Position numbers and translations under genes: made by a program
Shown: positions 25,907 to 39,300 of the stretch, piece after piece
Numbering within the stretch: the first letter of the stretch is position 1
Layout of the letters: each line of letters opens with the position of its first letter
Notes under the pieces: generated by a model
What the model was told of the DNA's origin: nothing
Database searches by the model: none
The model's input: the letters and a program-made list of their open reading frames with translations, nothing else
Origin: Xylographa opegraphella
Lineage: Eukaryota
DNA length: 64,000 nt
Direction of reading: 5' to 3'
NCBI GenBank assembly: GCA_022813865.1
Contig: JALDZX010000043.1
Location: forward strand, 62,001-126,000

Positions 25907-27937
25907 TCAGATAGCGGAGTCGTTAGGTTTGCTCTGACCGATGACCTTCCCCTTCACTTTTTGATCTATCTATTCACCTTTAGCTGGTCGAACGAGAGGG
26001 TGGAGGAACAAGCTTACTCGGTCAAGCTTGTAGTTCTTCATCAACAAGCTTAGGGGGATGAGCGGTATGGCAAGACAAACAGCGATAATCAGCAGGATGT
26101 TCAATGTCTCTTGGTAGGCGAGATTGATGGCCGTTCGCTCTGCACTACCTACAGGGTAGGATAGAGCTACCGTCAAGCTGCTGGAGATGTTAAGGGCTTG
26201 GGACTGCGCAGCTGGTGGTAGGTAGAGCTGCAATTTAGCAGGAAGGTTTGCTGTCCACACGGCTCCTGAGATGGCCGCACCAACCGCGCCACCGATTTCG
26301 ACAATGGTGAGATAGATTGCAGTCGCCGCAGCGACATCCCCGTGGCTCACGGACGCTTGAACCCCCAGCTGCGTAGGGACGTTAAGCATACCCCCGCCAA
26401 TGCCGACCGCAATTTGTGCACCGACAATCTGCGCCGTCGAGCTACCTATCACGCGATACCGAATCATCAATCCGACTCCCATGAGATATATCGCCGCTCC
26501 AGCGGTGATGTAATACTTGTAGTGCTTAGTATACTTGATGACCAGAGATATGCTGATAGCAGCAACGGTTGACGTGAACGAAAATGCCTGCGTTATATGA
26601 CCCGCAGCGGTGATACTGTCATTCTGCACAACTTGCAGGTAAGAGTAGAAGTACGGTTGTATAGATGTGTAGAACACGGCTGATCATCATCAGAGAGGGC
26701 TTCAACTGCAGTTCATGACCTGCTCACCAAAATAGAAGAATCCGATACCACATCCAGCCAATACAGTTCTGTTCGTCATCAGCCGCAAAGAAAGAAAGGG
26801 CCTGGGTGCTAGTTTGCTGCTCGCCTCCCAGAATGGGAAGATAACCACGATCACGCATCCAATGACGATCATGGCGATAATACTCGGGTTGTGCCAGCCG
26901 TCCGTTGGCGCCAGTGATATTGGAAGCAGTATCAACGAAATCCCAGCGGACAGCAGGAGGAGGCCCATTATATCGAGCTCGTACCAGATATTGACTAGAC
27001 CTCTTACGGGGCTTGCTCCTGACCATGGAGACTTGGGCAAGGCCCCCATCTTCTTCGCCTTGCGGAAGTTTACAAATAGTGCCAATGCAAGGGGTAAGAA
27101 GGCTGCAGGCAGTACGATAGTCCACAGCCCGTAGCCCCACCTCCATGTCGTGTGGCGGAGAAGGTTTGCCGCAATAGGGGCACCAATCCAAACAGTTATC
27201 AAGAACGGTATATCAGGCAGACTCGAAAACAATGCACGATTCAAGAGATCACTCGTGTCGGCAATGAAAATTTGCTGCAAGATCTGTAAGCCTGTGGATC
27301 CGGCGGAATAGAATATCTGAGCCGAGGCAAAGGTCTGAACGTTGTTCGATACGGCCATCTGGATGTATCCAAGCACATATAGAAGAATGCTGAACGAGAA
27401 GGCCTCCAGTCGTCCGAACACGTTCGCAATCTTCGCCATCGGGGGCTTGACAACCGCTTCGTTCCTCAGCAAGGCCGTTGGATCAACTCACCAGGGGACT
27501 CACCATTGACAACTTGTTGCACCACGTAGACGCTGGCAACCAAGGGAAACTGGGCGAAGGAGCTGGTGGCATAGACTGACAGATTAACAGTAGTCTGCCC
27601 CTCGAGGGAGGTGCAGAATGCCAACAGAAAGATGCTTGTTTACCGTCAGCACGCATACAGCATCGTATCAACGCATCGGCACCACGCTGGTCTTGGCGGA
27701 GGGCCTGTGGCAGACCACGGGGATCTGCGCTTACCCGAGATATGCAGAGAACAGCGACCACTTCGTCCACGTCTGGCTGATGGCTTCAATGTTCTTGACG
27801 CCGATCTGCGTATCGTCGGAGCTCAACGAGGATCGGTCATCCTCATGCATATATGGTTCAGTTTTGTTCTGCTGGGTCGTAGTCGCCGTCGTCGTTGGCG
27901 CTCCGGAGTCCATTACCGGCGTGTCCCTGTCGACCAT
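25907..27937 (-). CDS. MFS siderophore-iron transporter (SIT/ARN family; Sit1/MirB/Str-like), 5 exons
   Basis: QIGVKNIEAISQTWTKWSL, VKPPMAKIANVFGRLEAF, QQIFIADTSDLLNRALFS, WRWGYG, EIGGAVGAAISGAVW; many hydrophobic helices; SreA-type box upstream. Confidence 0.9.
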
Positions 27938-28087
27938 GGCTCGTATGTGTATATGTCTGTATAATATACAAAACCGCAATGGCGAAAACGGGACGCTGCG
28001 AAAATCGCTGGTCGCGGCGTGGTTTATATGTCGATCCAAAAATTCGAATGCGCTGCCCCACTGCTGCCACAGCGGGAAAAAAAAAAG

Positions 28088-28105
28088 ATCTGATAAGATT
28101 ATCGG
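28088..28105 (+). promoter_or_regulatory. Candidate SreA/Sre1 iron-repressor GATA site
   Basis: ATCTGATAA (28088-28096) matches the ATCWGATAA consensus and is followed by an inverted GATAA (TTATC), about 150 bp upstream of the siderophore transporter ATG. Confidence 0.7.
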
Positions 28106-28478
28106 CTGATCTTACTAAGCCTACTGCAGCCTAGCGGCTCGGGAATGTCCCAGCTGATGACGAACATCGCTGGAGAGGCCGCGCTTGGCAGCACGTGGGG
28201 CCGGCCGCTGTTGCGATATCGCTCCGGGAAAATGGCTGGTCGACTTCGATTTCGGGACAGGCGTGAGGATTGGCAACTCCTATATCGGTCCGTCTCCTAT
28301 TCAGCCTTCGTGAGCTGATGTAATCATCAAGCCAACGTGTATGGAGCGACTCATGTTACCCTGCCTCAAACGATATCTACAACGACCGCCGGATTTGCAT
28401 TTGTAGGAGCACAAGGACCCGAGCTCCCCCATTCCCGATCCACTGCCCACTCTTGGCGTCAGTCGCACCTACCCCGAG

Positions 28479-28952
28479 ATGACGACCCCAGCCCCTCCAC
28501 CCAAGAAGTTCTGGTACGAGGCCAACTGCCATTGCGGCGCCGTCCGCTATAAAGTCCTCGGGCCCCACCTCGAAGACTTCCCGTTCAAAGGTTGCAACTG
28601 CTCCATCTGCACGAAGAACGGCTACCTCAACCTGTACCCCAAGCGTCACGAGGTCGTCTTCCACCAGGGTTTCGACATCCTGAAGGAGTACCGTTTCGGG
28701 AGCAAGACGAAGACGCACAAGTTCTGCCCGGAATGTGGGAGCTCGATCCTGATTGATTTCAATGGGACGCTCGATGGCGAGTTTGAGGATGCGATGGCCG
28801 TCAATGTAAGTTCGGGGCATGTGCAATGGGTGTGACTGGGGAGGTGCTGAGTCGGTGTGTAGGTCCGGATGTTCAAAGACATCGATATGAGGGAGTTGAA
28901 GGTCGAGCATTTTGACGGAAAGAACCTTTGGAAGCCGGAGTACGAGATTTAA
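28479..28952 (+). CDS. GFA/CENP-V family zinc protein (glutathione-dependent formaldehyde-activating enzyme-like)
   Basis: CHCGAVRY, CNCSICTKNG and HKFCPECGS motifs; intron 28806-28862; last exon VRMFKDID...PEYEI*. Confidence 0.88.
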
Positions 28953-29300
28953 TTGGCCGGTAGTGGAAATGAAGCGCAGTGAGGCCTTGAGAGTCCACAG
29001 TCCAGGCTGGACGTGCTTTTGACTCGAGCACGATTGTTCGATCACGGGCTTGGAATCCCTGATGAGTGCGGGAAATCAGCCCGTACATCATAACCAAGGC
29101 GGATTGTTCTTGTTTTCCGGATTCAAAGCAGTTACATAAGCTGCCTTTTTCGCAAGCTGTGATTCGTTCGCTGAAACGTGCTGTAGCCTTGTTACACAGG
29201 GTCAAGAGCGGTCTCCGCAGTTCTTACACGACGTCGTGCTTGTCGTGTCTGGTCCTGGGTTGGTTTTGTGCAGTTTCAAAAAAAGACATTAGCGATGCCC

Positions 29301-30633
29301 ATGGTGAAAACTACTGATTACTACGCTGTTCTCAAAATCAATCAAGGCGCCACCGCAGATGAGATCAAACAAGCTTATCGACGGCTGAGCCTTGCTAGAC
29401 ATCCTGATAAGAATCTTAACAGCTCTACAGCGCATCATGCATTTTGTATGGTAAAGTGCCGCGTAACTCTTCTTATCATTCGCTTATAGCGCTGACCCCC
29501 ATGTTCCGCGCCATAGCTCAACGAGGCATACGAGACATTGGGGGATGCGAATCGAAGGGTGTTATATAATGCAGAGTATCCGGGGATCAGGGCAAAGCAT
29601 GCCTTCGAGGCCCAAATGCGACAACAGCAAGAAAGCGCGAGGACAGCTGCAGAGAAGTCAAAGACAGCTGCAGACAGTGCCAGAATGGAAAGAGAGCAGT
29701 GGGAAGACCTGCAAAGGAAGAGGGCCGAAGTGATACGTATAGAGAGAGCGGGCCTTATGGCCGTCGAGTTGGAGATACAGAAAGTAGAACTGCAGATACA
29801 TAGCCTGGAAAAGACCGCTAAGGAGAGCCTCAACGCAGACAAACGAGGTGACACATGGTGGGGCTATTTCACCGGCTGGGGTAAAACCGCCGATAATATC
29901 GAGAAGAAGAAAACCAAGCGCCAGCAAGAGATTCTCCAAAGGCTTGCCAGTGAGAGAATCAAAATGGCACAGCTTGTACGTGATTTGGACCGCTTTTCAA
30001 CAGAGCAAGAATGCTCAGTTGAAGCTCATACGGGAAAGTGAGCTCAAGTTCAGGGTGTTGGAGGAAAAGGCATTGCGAGAACAACGTCTGAGAGAGGACG
30101 CCGTAAGACGCAAGGCTGCCGAAGAAAGTGCCCGGGAAGAGGCCGTACGACGAAAGGCAGCTGAGGAATTTGCAGCACGAATGAGGGAAGAACGGAGGCG
30201 ACAGCAGGAAGAATTGAACAGATGGCAGGACGAACAAACAGCAAAAGCCAAAGCAGCGGAAGAGCAGCTTCGCGAACGGGAACGACTCGCTCGAGAGCAG
30301 ACGAGAGAGGCTGCTCGGGAGCGGCTAGCAGCTACGATGAAGCGCGAGGCGGCGGCAAAAGCTGAGGAGGCCCAGACGGCCCGACGACAAGATCGATCCC
30401 AGCGATCCACTCCGGCATGGGCCGCCAGGAATGGGAAAGCGGAGCAAAAGAAGCCCAAGTCCAGCAAGAGCAGCGCTTGCGCTCATTCCGGTTTCTGGCC
30501 GAAGGTATACGGCAGAAACCAGTGCAGCGTTTGTACGCAATTCTTCAATTCCTTCATCCTGCAGTGCCCAACCTGCAGCTTTCTGGCCTGTGCTTCGTGC
30601 AAAAAGGGGATGTCTTCCCGACATCACCGATAG
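29301..30633 (+). CDS. DnaJ-domain protein with coiled coil and C-terminal Cys-rich finger; frame disrupted near 29995 (frameshift, sequencing error or tiny intron)
   Basis: [24 protein letters not shown]-domain, intron 29451-29517, LNEAYETL. The coiled coil continues in a different frame after about 29997 and ends in CAH..CSVC..CPTC..CASC. Confidence 0.75.
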
Positions 30634-32189
30634 GAAGGGATACGTCAGCATTCATACTAGTGGTCCCGTAGAGTTACACAGAAGGTAGTCAAACTCATGA
30701 ATGCGGGCTCTGAAGCAGGAGATTTTCCGATAGAGGGAAGGTCCGGCTGGTTTTGATTGAGCATAGAGTCTAATATATGATTACATCAACACCAGCAGAA
30801 GTGAAACGAAAGGTGATGCTCTGAAAGAACTCCGAGCGAGAACATCGATATGTCGAACGCTAGTCTAGCGCAAGGGTCCCTGGACGATTAGCGGAGAAGC
30901 AGGGCGGAAGCAAGTTCTAGCGAGGAAGATGTGGCTTGACCCATCATCCATGTGATATATGAGGCTCGAGAAATGAGCAACTCGTGGTGGGCAGGGAATG
31001 CCCTCGTCTGGAAGGGATGGAAATAGAGCCCTCGTCCAGGCTCCGAACATCGAGTGTCCGAATGCAAACGCGCGATAATTGTGAGCCTCCGGGATCCTTG
31101 AGCCTGAAACGGCGTCTACAGAGGCGTGGTGACACAGCGCGAGTACTGCACACACGGGGCGCACAACTCGAGACTGCTATATATAATCCCGCCGAACGCC
31201 ATATACACGCCTGCTGAAGATATAATCCCTCCAGGCCCAATTGAATCGAGGTGCCCCTTCGTCGTGCTGCTGCTTCCTTCTCCGACTCTCTCCTGTCGGT
31301 GAGACGACGAAGACCTGTATCTCTCTACATTGGTTGGAGGCTCGAAAGTGACCCCCTGCGACATTGCGTGCACGGACTACGCCACAAGCGTTCTTTTCCA
31401 GAGCAATTTTACGCGGTCGCCACAGGGAACAGAAAAGGGGATAGCGGCAATCTCGCCTGAGCCCGTTGAACTTCTTTCTCCTGTCTGGGTCGAAGCTTTC
31501 GAAATTGCAGCATCCCGTCACATCACATAGTCACATCTTTGACACACCTTCCTTTTCGCCATTATTTTCGCTCTTCTGCCTTGTCGTCATTCTCTTTGCC
31601 TGTATCTTAGCAGTGCTTTGCTACCTTACTCGTTTTAATCTGCAATCCACCTTGACACTCCTTTGTTCGACTCATCACACTGCCCATCCGGCACTTCAGA
31701 CCGTGTCAGCGTGCTGAAAACAGCTGCCCACGTCATACAGAGCTTGTAGTAATAGAACACCCGTACCGTAAGCTGGACCGTGTAGCTTCTGCACGTGTCC
31801 ACGGCGTGGTCCATCTCGGCCTTGCTGTTGCAGTTTCTTTGCTGGCTCCGCTGCCCCGACTTCCATTCCGTGTTCAACTTCAAGAATTGTGTTTCTAGTG
31901 AGTTTGACGCTTCCGAAGACATCAGACATTCGCGGTAAGGACTAGACCACTTTCTGCTCTGAGCATCTGCTAACTCGATGCTTTACAGCTCTTACCCTCA
32001 CCACTCCCGTGTATCATACATTCCTCGTAGGAATTTGCGGTGAGAAATCGTTTCGATTCTCCACAGTCATAAACTTTCTGGTATTTCTCTTGAATTATCC
32101 GGCTTCTACGTCCGGACCTTCCCTTCATCACGGCGGTCGTAGCGACAAGTCCCGGGGACAGTACTGTCCTTCCTCCTCATCTGCTCGGT

Positions 32190-34769
32190 ATGCAGAGTCA
32201 AGATTCAAACACAAGCCCTATCATGAACAACACGGGGCGATTTTCATCTTTTTCTCGGCCCGCGAACATGAACGGTGACCACACAGGCTTCTCACACGGA
32301 GCCTTTGCATCAAACCAGCAGTCAATCGGTGGGTACGCGGATAGACACCCACGACGCGCGAATCTCCCTGCTCTCAATAGCGCTGCATTCGGCCAGAACA
32401 ACCAGCAGAACCTAGGTGAAATGACGCCAGGCACAGCTTTCGATATGAACTTCACTCCTCTTCTGCCCGCCAACCTGCTTCTGGGCAGCCCCTTTCAGGC
32501 TGGCAGTCCTTCCAACTATGCATCTCCGCAATTTGCCAGCTTCACGAATTTTCATCCACAGAACAATAACCATCAAGCAGGTCAACAGAACTATATCAGC
32601 ACCTCTCTGCAGCAGTCTGCAATGTCTCCCCAGCTATATCACAGTATAAGCACACCAACATTCAGCCCCCAGTATCACTCAGGTCAGCAGACGCCCACTT
32701 TTAATAGCATGAACCCCCAGAACTACAACGGTGGAGGGGTATCGATGCAAGTTGCCCCTGGTCTTATTCATGGAACGAGTCGCACGGTCTATCTTGGAAA
32801 CATCCCGCCGGAGACTTCTGCAGAGGAGATTCTCGGACATGTACGAAGTGGCCAGATTGAATCGGTCAGACTGCTAGCAGACAAGAATTGCGCGTTTATC
32901 TCTTTTCTCGATGGCAGTTCCGCAACACATTTTCACTCGGATGCAATCTTAAAGAAGCTTTCAATTCGAGGACAAGATATCAAGATCGGATGGGGCAAGC
33001 CTTCGCAGGTCCCTGCATCTGTCGCCCTTGCTGTCCAGCAATCTGGTGCATCTCGAAATGTATACCTTGGAAACCTGACAGAAGAAGTTTCCGAAAACGA
33101 ACTTCGTGAAGATCTTGGCAAGTTTGGTCCCATTGACACAATCAAGATCGTGCGTGAGAAGTCCATCGGCTTTGTACACTTCCTGTCGATTGGTAACGCT
33201 ATCAAAGCTGTCTCCCAACTTCCTCAAGAGCCTAAGTGGCAAGCTCCTCGTCGCGTATATTATGGCAAGGACAGGTGTGCATATGTGTCCAAAACCCAAC
33301 AAGAGAATGCTGCACAGTATCTTGGCATTGCCCCAGGTTACCCTCACGTCCTGAACGGTGCAGATCGAGATCTCATTTCAAATGCGCTGGCTCAGCAATC
33401 GGTAGCGGCGGCTGCTGTAGCTACTACTGCTGGTGGAGTAAGCAATTTAGGCAATCGTACGGTCTATCTAGGAAACATTCACCCGGAAACTACGATTGAG
33501 GAAATTTGCAATGTGGTACGAGGTGGACTCCTACACCATATTCGCTATATACCGGACAAGCATATATGCTTCGTTACTTTCATTGATCCAACCTCGGCGG
33601 CATCTTTTTATGCACTGAGTAACTTGCAGGGTTTGATGATCCACAACAGGCGTTTGAAGATCGGATGGGGAAAGCACTCCGGCGCACTGCCTCCAGCAAT
33701 CGCTCTCGCAGTGAGCGGAGGTGCATCTCGCAATGTGTATATTGGAAACTTGGATGAATCATGGACCGAAGAGCGCCTCCGCCAAGATTTTTCGGAGTAT
33801 GGTGAAATCGAGCTCGTGAACGCGTTACGTGAGAAGAGCTGTGCATTTGTGAACTTCACGAACATTGCCAATGCCATCAAGGCCATCGAGGCCATGCGCG
33901 GAAGGGAAGAGTATCGTCGTTTCAAGATCAATTTTGGTAAGGACCGTTGTGGCAACCCTCCTCGTCAGAACAACAACGTCGTACAGCAACAGCAGCAGCA
34001 GTACGGTCATTCAGGGATGCCAAATGGACGTCAGAGCACAAACCAGTCGCCTTTGAATGGAGCGATGTTGCATGTGACTTCGACAAGTCCCACAGGACCT
34101 GCGCAGTCTCCAGCTCCTGTTGCGACGGGTCCATCACCACAGAATGGTGGCCAGTCTGTTTACCAACAACCACAGCACGGACCCACTCCTTCGGCAATCT
34201 TGAATGCGGGCAGTAACAATCCGCTCACTATGTATTTGAGTCAAGTCTCGGCCCAACAGGCCCAGCAAGAACAGGACTCAAGGCAGACCGATCCCTACTC
34301 TGTTGCTGCGCTTCAGCAGCAACAGCAGTCCGTTCTGGCAGCCCAACAGGCCGCTCTCTACGCCAACAACACCGGCGAGCTGCTGAACGGATCTGTCCTC
34401 GAGCATCCTCAACCAGGGCAATCACATGTCTACAATACCAGCCTCAGCGGCCTCAATCCCAGCACCGCGACCACCATCGGTGGTCTTCTGGCTCCCAGCA
34501 ACGCGCGTACCCAGCATGCTCGCGCAGTCAGCTTGCCTGTGTTCTCACAAGAGATCTTTCCCAACGGGAATGGTCAGGGCCAGCACGGGCAAGGTCAACA
34601 ACAACAGCAGAGCTTGCAGCCACCAAACTCCCACCGTCAACAACAGAGCAGCTTCTCTGGCATGAGCTCGGGATTCGGCGGTTTCGGGAATGCTGGATTT
34701 GGCTTGGGACTTGGCTCTAATCACGGGAGCGGGATAGGTCTGAACGGGTGGGCGGAAGAGAGCGCTTAG
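32190..34769 (+). CDS. Four-RRM RNA-binding protein, Nrd1 (S. pombe)/Mrn1 (S. cerevisiae) family
   Basis: Four RRMs beginning [27 protein letters not shown] and SRNVYIGNL with GWGK/GKDRC ends; Q/N-rich flanks; single 859-aa ORF. Confidence 0.9.
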   Translation: MQSQDSNTSPIMNNTGRFSSFSRPANMNGDHTGFSHGAFASNQQSIGGYADRHPRRANLPALNSAAFGQNNQQNLGEMTPGTAFDMNFTPLLPANLLLGSPFQAGSPSNYASPQFASFTNFHPQNNNHQAGQQNYISTSLQQSAMSPQLYHSISTPTFSPQYHSGQQTPTFNSMNPQNYNGGGVSMQVAPGLIHGTSRTVYLGNIPPETSAEEILGHVRSGQIESVRLLADKNCAFISFLDGSSATHFHSDAILKKLSIRGQDIKIGWGKPSQVPASVALAVQQSGASRNVYLGNLTEEVSENELREDLGKFGPIDTIKIVREKSIGFVHFLSIGNAIKAVSQLPQEPKWQAPRRVYYGKDRCAYVSKTQQENAAQYLGIAPGYPHVLNGADRDLISNALAQQSVAAAAVATTAGGVSNLGNRTVYLGNIHPETTIEEICNVVRGGLLHHIRYIPDKHICFVTFIDPTSAASFYALSNLQGLMIHNRRLKIGWGKHSGALPPAIALAVSGGASRNVYIGNLDESWTEERLRQDFSEYGEIELVNALREKSCAFVNFTNIANAIKAIEAMRGREEYRRFKINFGKDRCGNPPRQNNNVVQQQQQQYGHSGMPNGRQSTNQSPLNGAMLHVTSTSPTGPAQSPAPVATGPSPQNGGQSVYQQPQHGPTPSAILNAGSNNPLTMYLSQVSAQQAQQEQDSRQTDPYSVAALQQQQQSVLAAQQAALYANNTGELLNGSVLEHPQPGQSHVYNTSLSGLNPSTATTIGGLLAPSNARTQHARAVSLPVFSQEIFPNGNGQGQHGQGQQQQQSLQPPNSHRQQQSSFSGMSSGFGGFGNAGFGLGLGSNHGSGIGLNGWAEESA

Positions 34770-35308
34770 TCCTCTCACGCTTGTGGGTAGTGTCAGAAGC
34801 CTGCCGCCCTTGTGCAGAGAATTTGTTTTGTGCATAATTTTCATTTCTGTTTTGTTTGTTCCGATACCTAAAATCGCATCGGCGTCAGCGTCATAGGACG
34901 TCTGGCTGGCTTGGACACTTTCGGGCGTTTGCCTGGACGCGAGCAGCTTTGTACCTGTATTTGTACGTGATGTTCGGCATGGGGGCCCTGAATAGAACGC
35001 CCACGAGGCATAAACTAATACGAGTGGTTTGACAAAATCGACCATGTGGTTTTTGCAGGCGTGCCGGAGAAGTGTTTTGTAGTGTAAATGCAGAACCGAT
35101 CGATCATATTGGAGTTTGGAACATCTCCCCTGGCTTGAGCTCTCGAACAATATTCAACTTCCCCCTCCCCTGAGCGCCATCCTATCTCATCACCCTTGAA
35201 CACCGTCCCCACACGAACCTCCCCCCCCCCTCCCCCCGGGTCGAAAATATACCCCACAGCCACCTCGCTCGGAGTCCATATCTCCACCGGATCGCTGCTA
35301 TACTATTA

Positions 35309-35341
35309 CACCACACCACACCACACCACACCACACCACAC
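35309..35341. repeat. (CACAC)n pentanucleotide microsatellite
   Basis: caccacaccacaccacaccacaccacaccacac. Confidence 0.9.
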
Positions 35342-36320
35342 GCACGCACCTCCCAGCCAAAATAGACCTACCCATCTACCTATCTATCAATCTCCTCCCT
35401 TCCACCACCTCGTCCCCCTTCACTCCTCGATCCGTTTTACTTTTACAAGCCTAGCATACTATGAGCTCAGCGTTGCGGGACGTGGGGTTTAATGGGGGCT
35501 GGTTTGGATGTGTAAGTGTGGTTCGTAATTGGATAGAGTGATTCGACGCTGTGTGGTTGAGGGGGTGGAAGGGAGTATATTCGTGCGGCGTTGGGTGGTG
35601 GTGCGGTGGGCTTTTGGATGCTGCTGCGGCTGCTGCTGTGGCACGAGCGAAGGGTTCTACGGTTTAGGGCTGGATGTATTTCCTTTTAGGTATTTACGGA
35701 TAGGTATCCGAGAATCCAAATCTGACCAGGGAGAAATGGGGTCAGGAGCGAAGACTGGACTACGAGTCATACCATAACTTTACCAACGAAGGCATCTCGG
35801 TTGTTATCACACGTAGATGGAAAGTGTTTTTCATCATCGCTTTCTTTCTTTCTATTCAAGTCTCTCTGCCTGAAGCGGCCTATTGTATGCATGCACCCAC
35901 GCACGCGGCCTCGGCTTTGTATTCCACCGGGCCCCTCCCCCCCCCATTCCCTTCGCTACAATGCCACCAAAGACCGCCCAATTGTTGGCACATGAGATGA
36001 GGGATGGTCTCCATCCACGCTTTCGAAGAATTGGTTATCGAAGATCGTACAGGATCCAAACGTATGGACGAACAGATCGTGCCAGCCGGCTAGCAAAATG
36101 GGGGCTGTTCCCGCCCGTCTCCAAGAGGAAATGAAATTCGTGGTTATTGGTTGTGAGATCAATCATTCAATACATATGTAGAATATAGGAGCTGTAGTGA
36201 ACAGTGTGTTGTCCGTCTTTGATCGTTTATAACAACATGCCTCCGCCGGTGGACAGAGTCATATAGTGGGTCTTGGAACTCCGGGAAGGGTTGTAGGAAG
36301 ATCCACCGGATACGTAACAC

Positions 36321-39300
36321 TCATCGCTGTGACATGATTAGCAGGAACGGGACGATGGAGCAACGGTTATAGCTTACCCGACCTCTCCGTCCGCCAGCTT
36401 GCTGCTGCTGCATTTGCTGTTGTGGAAAGTATTGCATTGGGTAAGCATTATAACCAGGCATCATACCGCCAGCCACCATCGAACCAAAGCCTGGAGGAGC
36501 ATAGCCAGACTGCTGAAGCATGGGACTGGAACTCATGCCCGGTGGTTGCTGTGTCATCGGGGAAGCCTGGTTTAGTCGGTAATTATCGAAAGATGGTGAG
36601 GGCGATGGATAACCGCCATATGCATGTGCAGGAGATATGCCGCGTTGCGAAGCAGCCAGGAGAGCTTGCTGATACTGCATTTGTTGAGTACCAATGCTAT
36701 TGGGAGTGTACATCGGGCTGTTCAAACTGTATTGTTCGAATTGTCCAATGCCATTCATGTCCATGGCAAGGCCTCCCGGAGAGTTGTATTGGCCAGGATT
36801 CATACCAGGTATGTACGATGCACTATTTTGCCTCTCCATCGGCGATTGTTGTCTATGGCCATTCCTCAAACCTTGCTGTGACATGGGCCGACTTCTATCG
36901 TGGTATGGGCTGTTGCCATTACTGCCTTGATGCTCTCGATCCGGCTTCCCAGTAGTGCGTGAAGAAAGGCCGACCTCATCCATTAGACGCTTGTAGCCCT
37001 GCGACGGAGCAGCCTTTAGTCTCGACAAGACGTTGCGCACGTTCTGAACAACCTCTGCGCGCATGGTTTCGTCGAAGAAAGGCGTAGTGAGGATTTTAAA
37101 AATCAACGTCGCGCCACATGTTTGATCGCCAAGAATGTCCTCGAGGATCTGGTCATTTGAAGAAAAGAACAGTGCTTGCAATACCGTGTCTCGTGCTTCT
37201 GGCTCGTTCCGTTGATTGATCACTTTCAAGACCGTAAGATATGCCACTTTGTGGGTACAGAGGTGGACCAAGTGGTGAACCAATCGAGGTGCCAGGACGG
37301 TTCTCCTTCGTGGAAAAGTGCAAGTATCCAGAAACCATGTCAGCAACAGCGCCCCGTTGGCATTGGTTGCGAGCTGAACGCTATGCAGAGCTATAGCCGA
37401 GGCCAGCATACGTTGTTGATCTTTCGTCGAATGGTGGCTTTCAAGGCAAGCACGCATTGCTCGCGCACCGAACCGACCCTGCGCAATTTCCCAAATGCCT
37501 TTCAGCATCGTCTCGAAGATGAAGTTGTTCCAAGGATAACCGAACCGAAGACAGCACTGGAGGACGTAGTTGCCGTATTGGTCCAGGAAAAGAGCCACAG
37601 TATACGGTCGTAGATGCTCGACAATCAGCTTGATCTGACTTGGTGTTCTCGCAACGTCAATAATCTTCTGAGCCGCCCATGTCCCATTCTTGTGTACACC
37701 AATTTCTGCCAAGTGAGGTGCTATTTCGGCAAGCATGGAGTCTTTTATAGATTCTGAACAGTATTCGAATAGCTTTTGGACGACTGTATTGCCCAAATAG
37801 TCCGAGGCAAGCTCAGCTATTTCGGGTAACATACCGATTGCAATCTCCTCTATCTCCGCCTGCGAAATGGCATTGTTGTCGATCCTCTTCCGGATTTCTC
37901 TAAGCTTCGGAGCATCGTGGGCTCGAGTGTGACTGGGTTCTGGAACCGATGGTAACTCAGGCTCGAACCCGTTGAAGGCAGCGGCAGCGTCAATGCTGGC
38001 AGCAATCGTGGACAAATCATGCTCATTCGCTCCAAAATCCTGCACGATCTTCAGCATCTCATCTCGCAGGTCCGAGAGTTCTGGCACATGGAGGGCTGCG
38101 GCTGCACTCTCTGCGCGCACATCATTTGACTGCCGCCTGTCCACAGCGCCGTTGCCGCCGAAGGAGTCATTGCGTGGGTCAGCCGCTTTGGCGTGAGGAT
38201 CAGGGCTAGGCGACGGGTAAGCTCCATAATTGCTAGGCGTTCCTGCGGAAGACATCGAAGGAGCCTTTGCATATCCTATTCGGACAGGTCCGGCACCAGG
38301 AAATATTTCTTTTCCATTCAAAGTCGCCTTTGCACGGATCGCACAATCGACATCATCGTAATTGACAAAGCCACAGTTCTTCTGCATGAGAACTCTCGTC
38401 GATTCAATCTTACCAAATGCGCTGAAGATTGCTTCGAGAGAAGAAACAGTGGTCGAAGTCGGAATGTTACCGAGCCATAGAGCCCTAGTAGGTCCCTCGA
38501 GCCCCGGTTCATCACCATTCTCAACAAGCTGTTGACTACCAAGACCTCCGAGTTGAAGTGCTCTGACCGCTTCAGGAAGACCGTCATATTCCGGACCGTT
38601 GATGCCACTAAGATCCGCAGCACTCATAGCATTTTCGAACCTCGAAGGCATGGCCATGTAATTCATACTGGAGCTTCGAAGCGGAGAGTCCAGGACGCCA
38701 GCTGTGCGTGCTCGCGGTCGACTTGCGGAAGCCTGATTGGCAAATGCCTGAACGGCAAGATTGTGCTGATGGATCTGTGCTTGAGTGGCAGCGAGTGCGG
38801 CAGCAGCAGAAGCCGCTGATGGTGTCAGTTGACCGCTATGAAGGCCGGAATAGCGACCATTGGTGCCGTAATCGTCTTCTTCATCTTCGGCATACTTCTC
38901 TTTTGCATTCACCGAATATGAGCGGTATCGATTCAGGCTTTTGTTGAAGCTGGCCAGATCTGCAAGGAACGGCTGCAGCATTGGCGTGCCCGAGGCCATC
39001 GGCACGCCTCCCATGTTCTGCACCAAAGAAGCTCTGACTTGCTGAGGCGTCTCCGCGAGGCCGAGGTAATCAAGAGTCTTCACGTCCGTATCGGCAAGAC
39101 CGTCTCTGGAAAACGAGGACTGCGCTGGAGAATCGGGTCCTTCGGATGATCGAATGCTTGCCAGTGTATTGCCACGTTCTCTCCCAGCTCCCCAACCGGA
39201 TGAGAAAAAGGAGGAACCAAACGGACTTGGTGTGTTAACGTAACTGGCTCGTTGTGGCATAGATCCCGCTCTCAGCCTCGACAACAAGGCCGAAGTGGAG

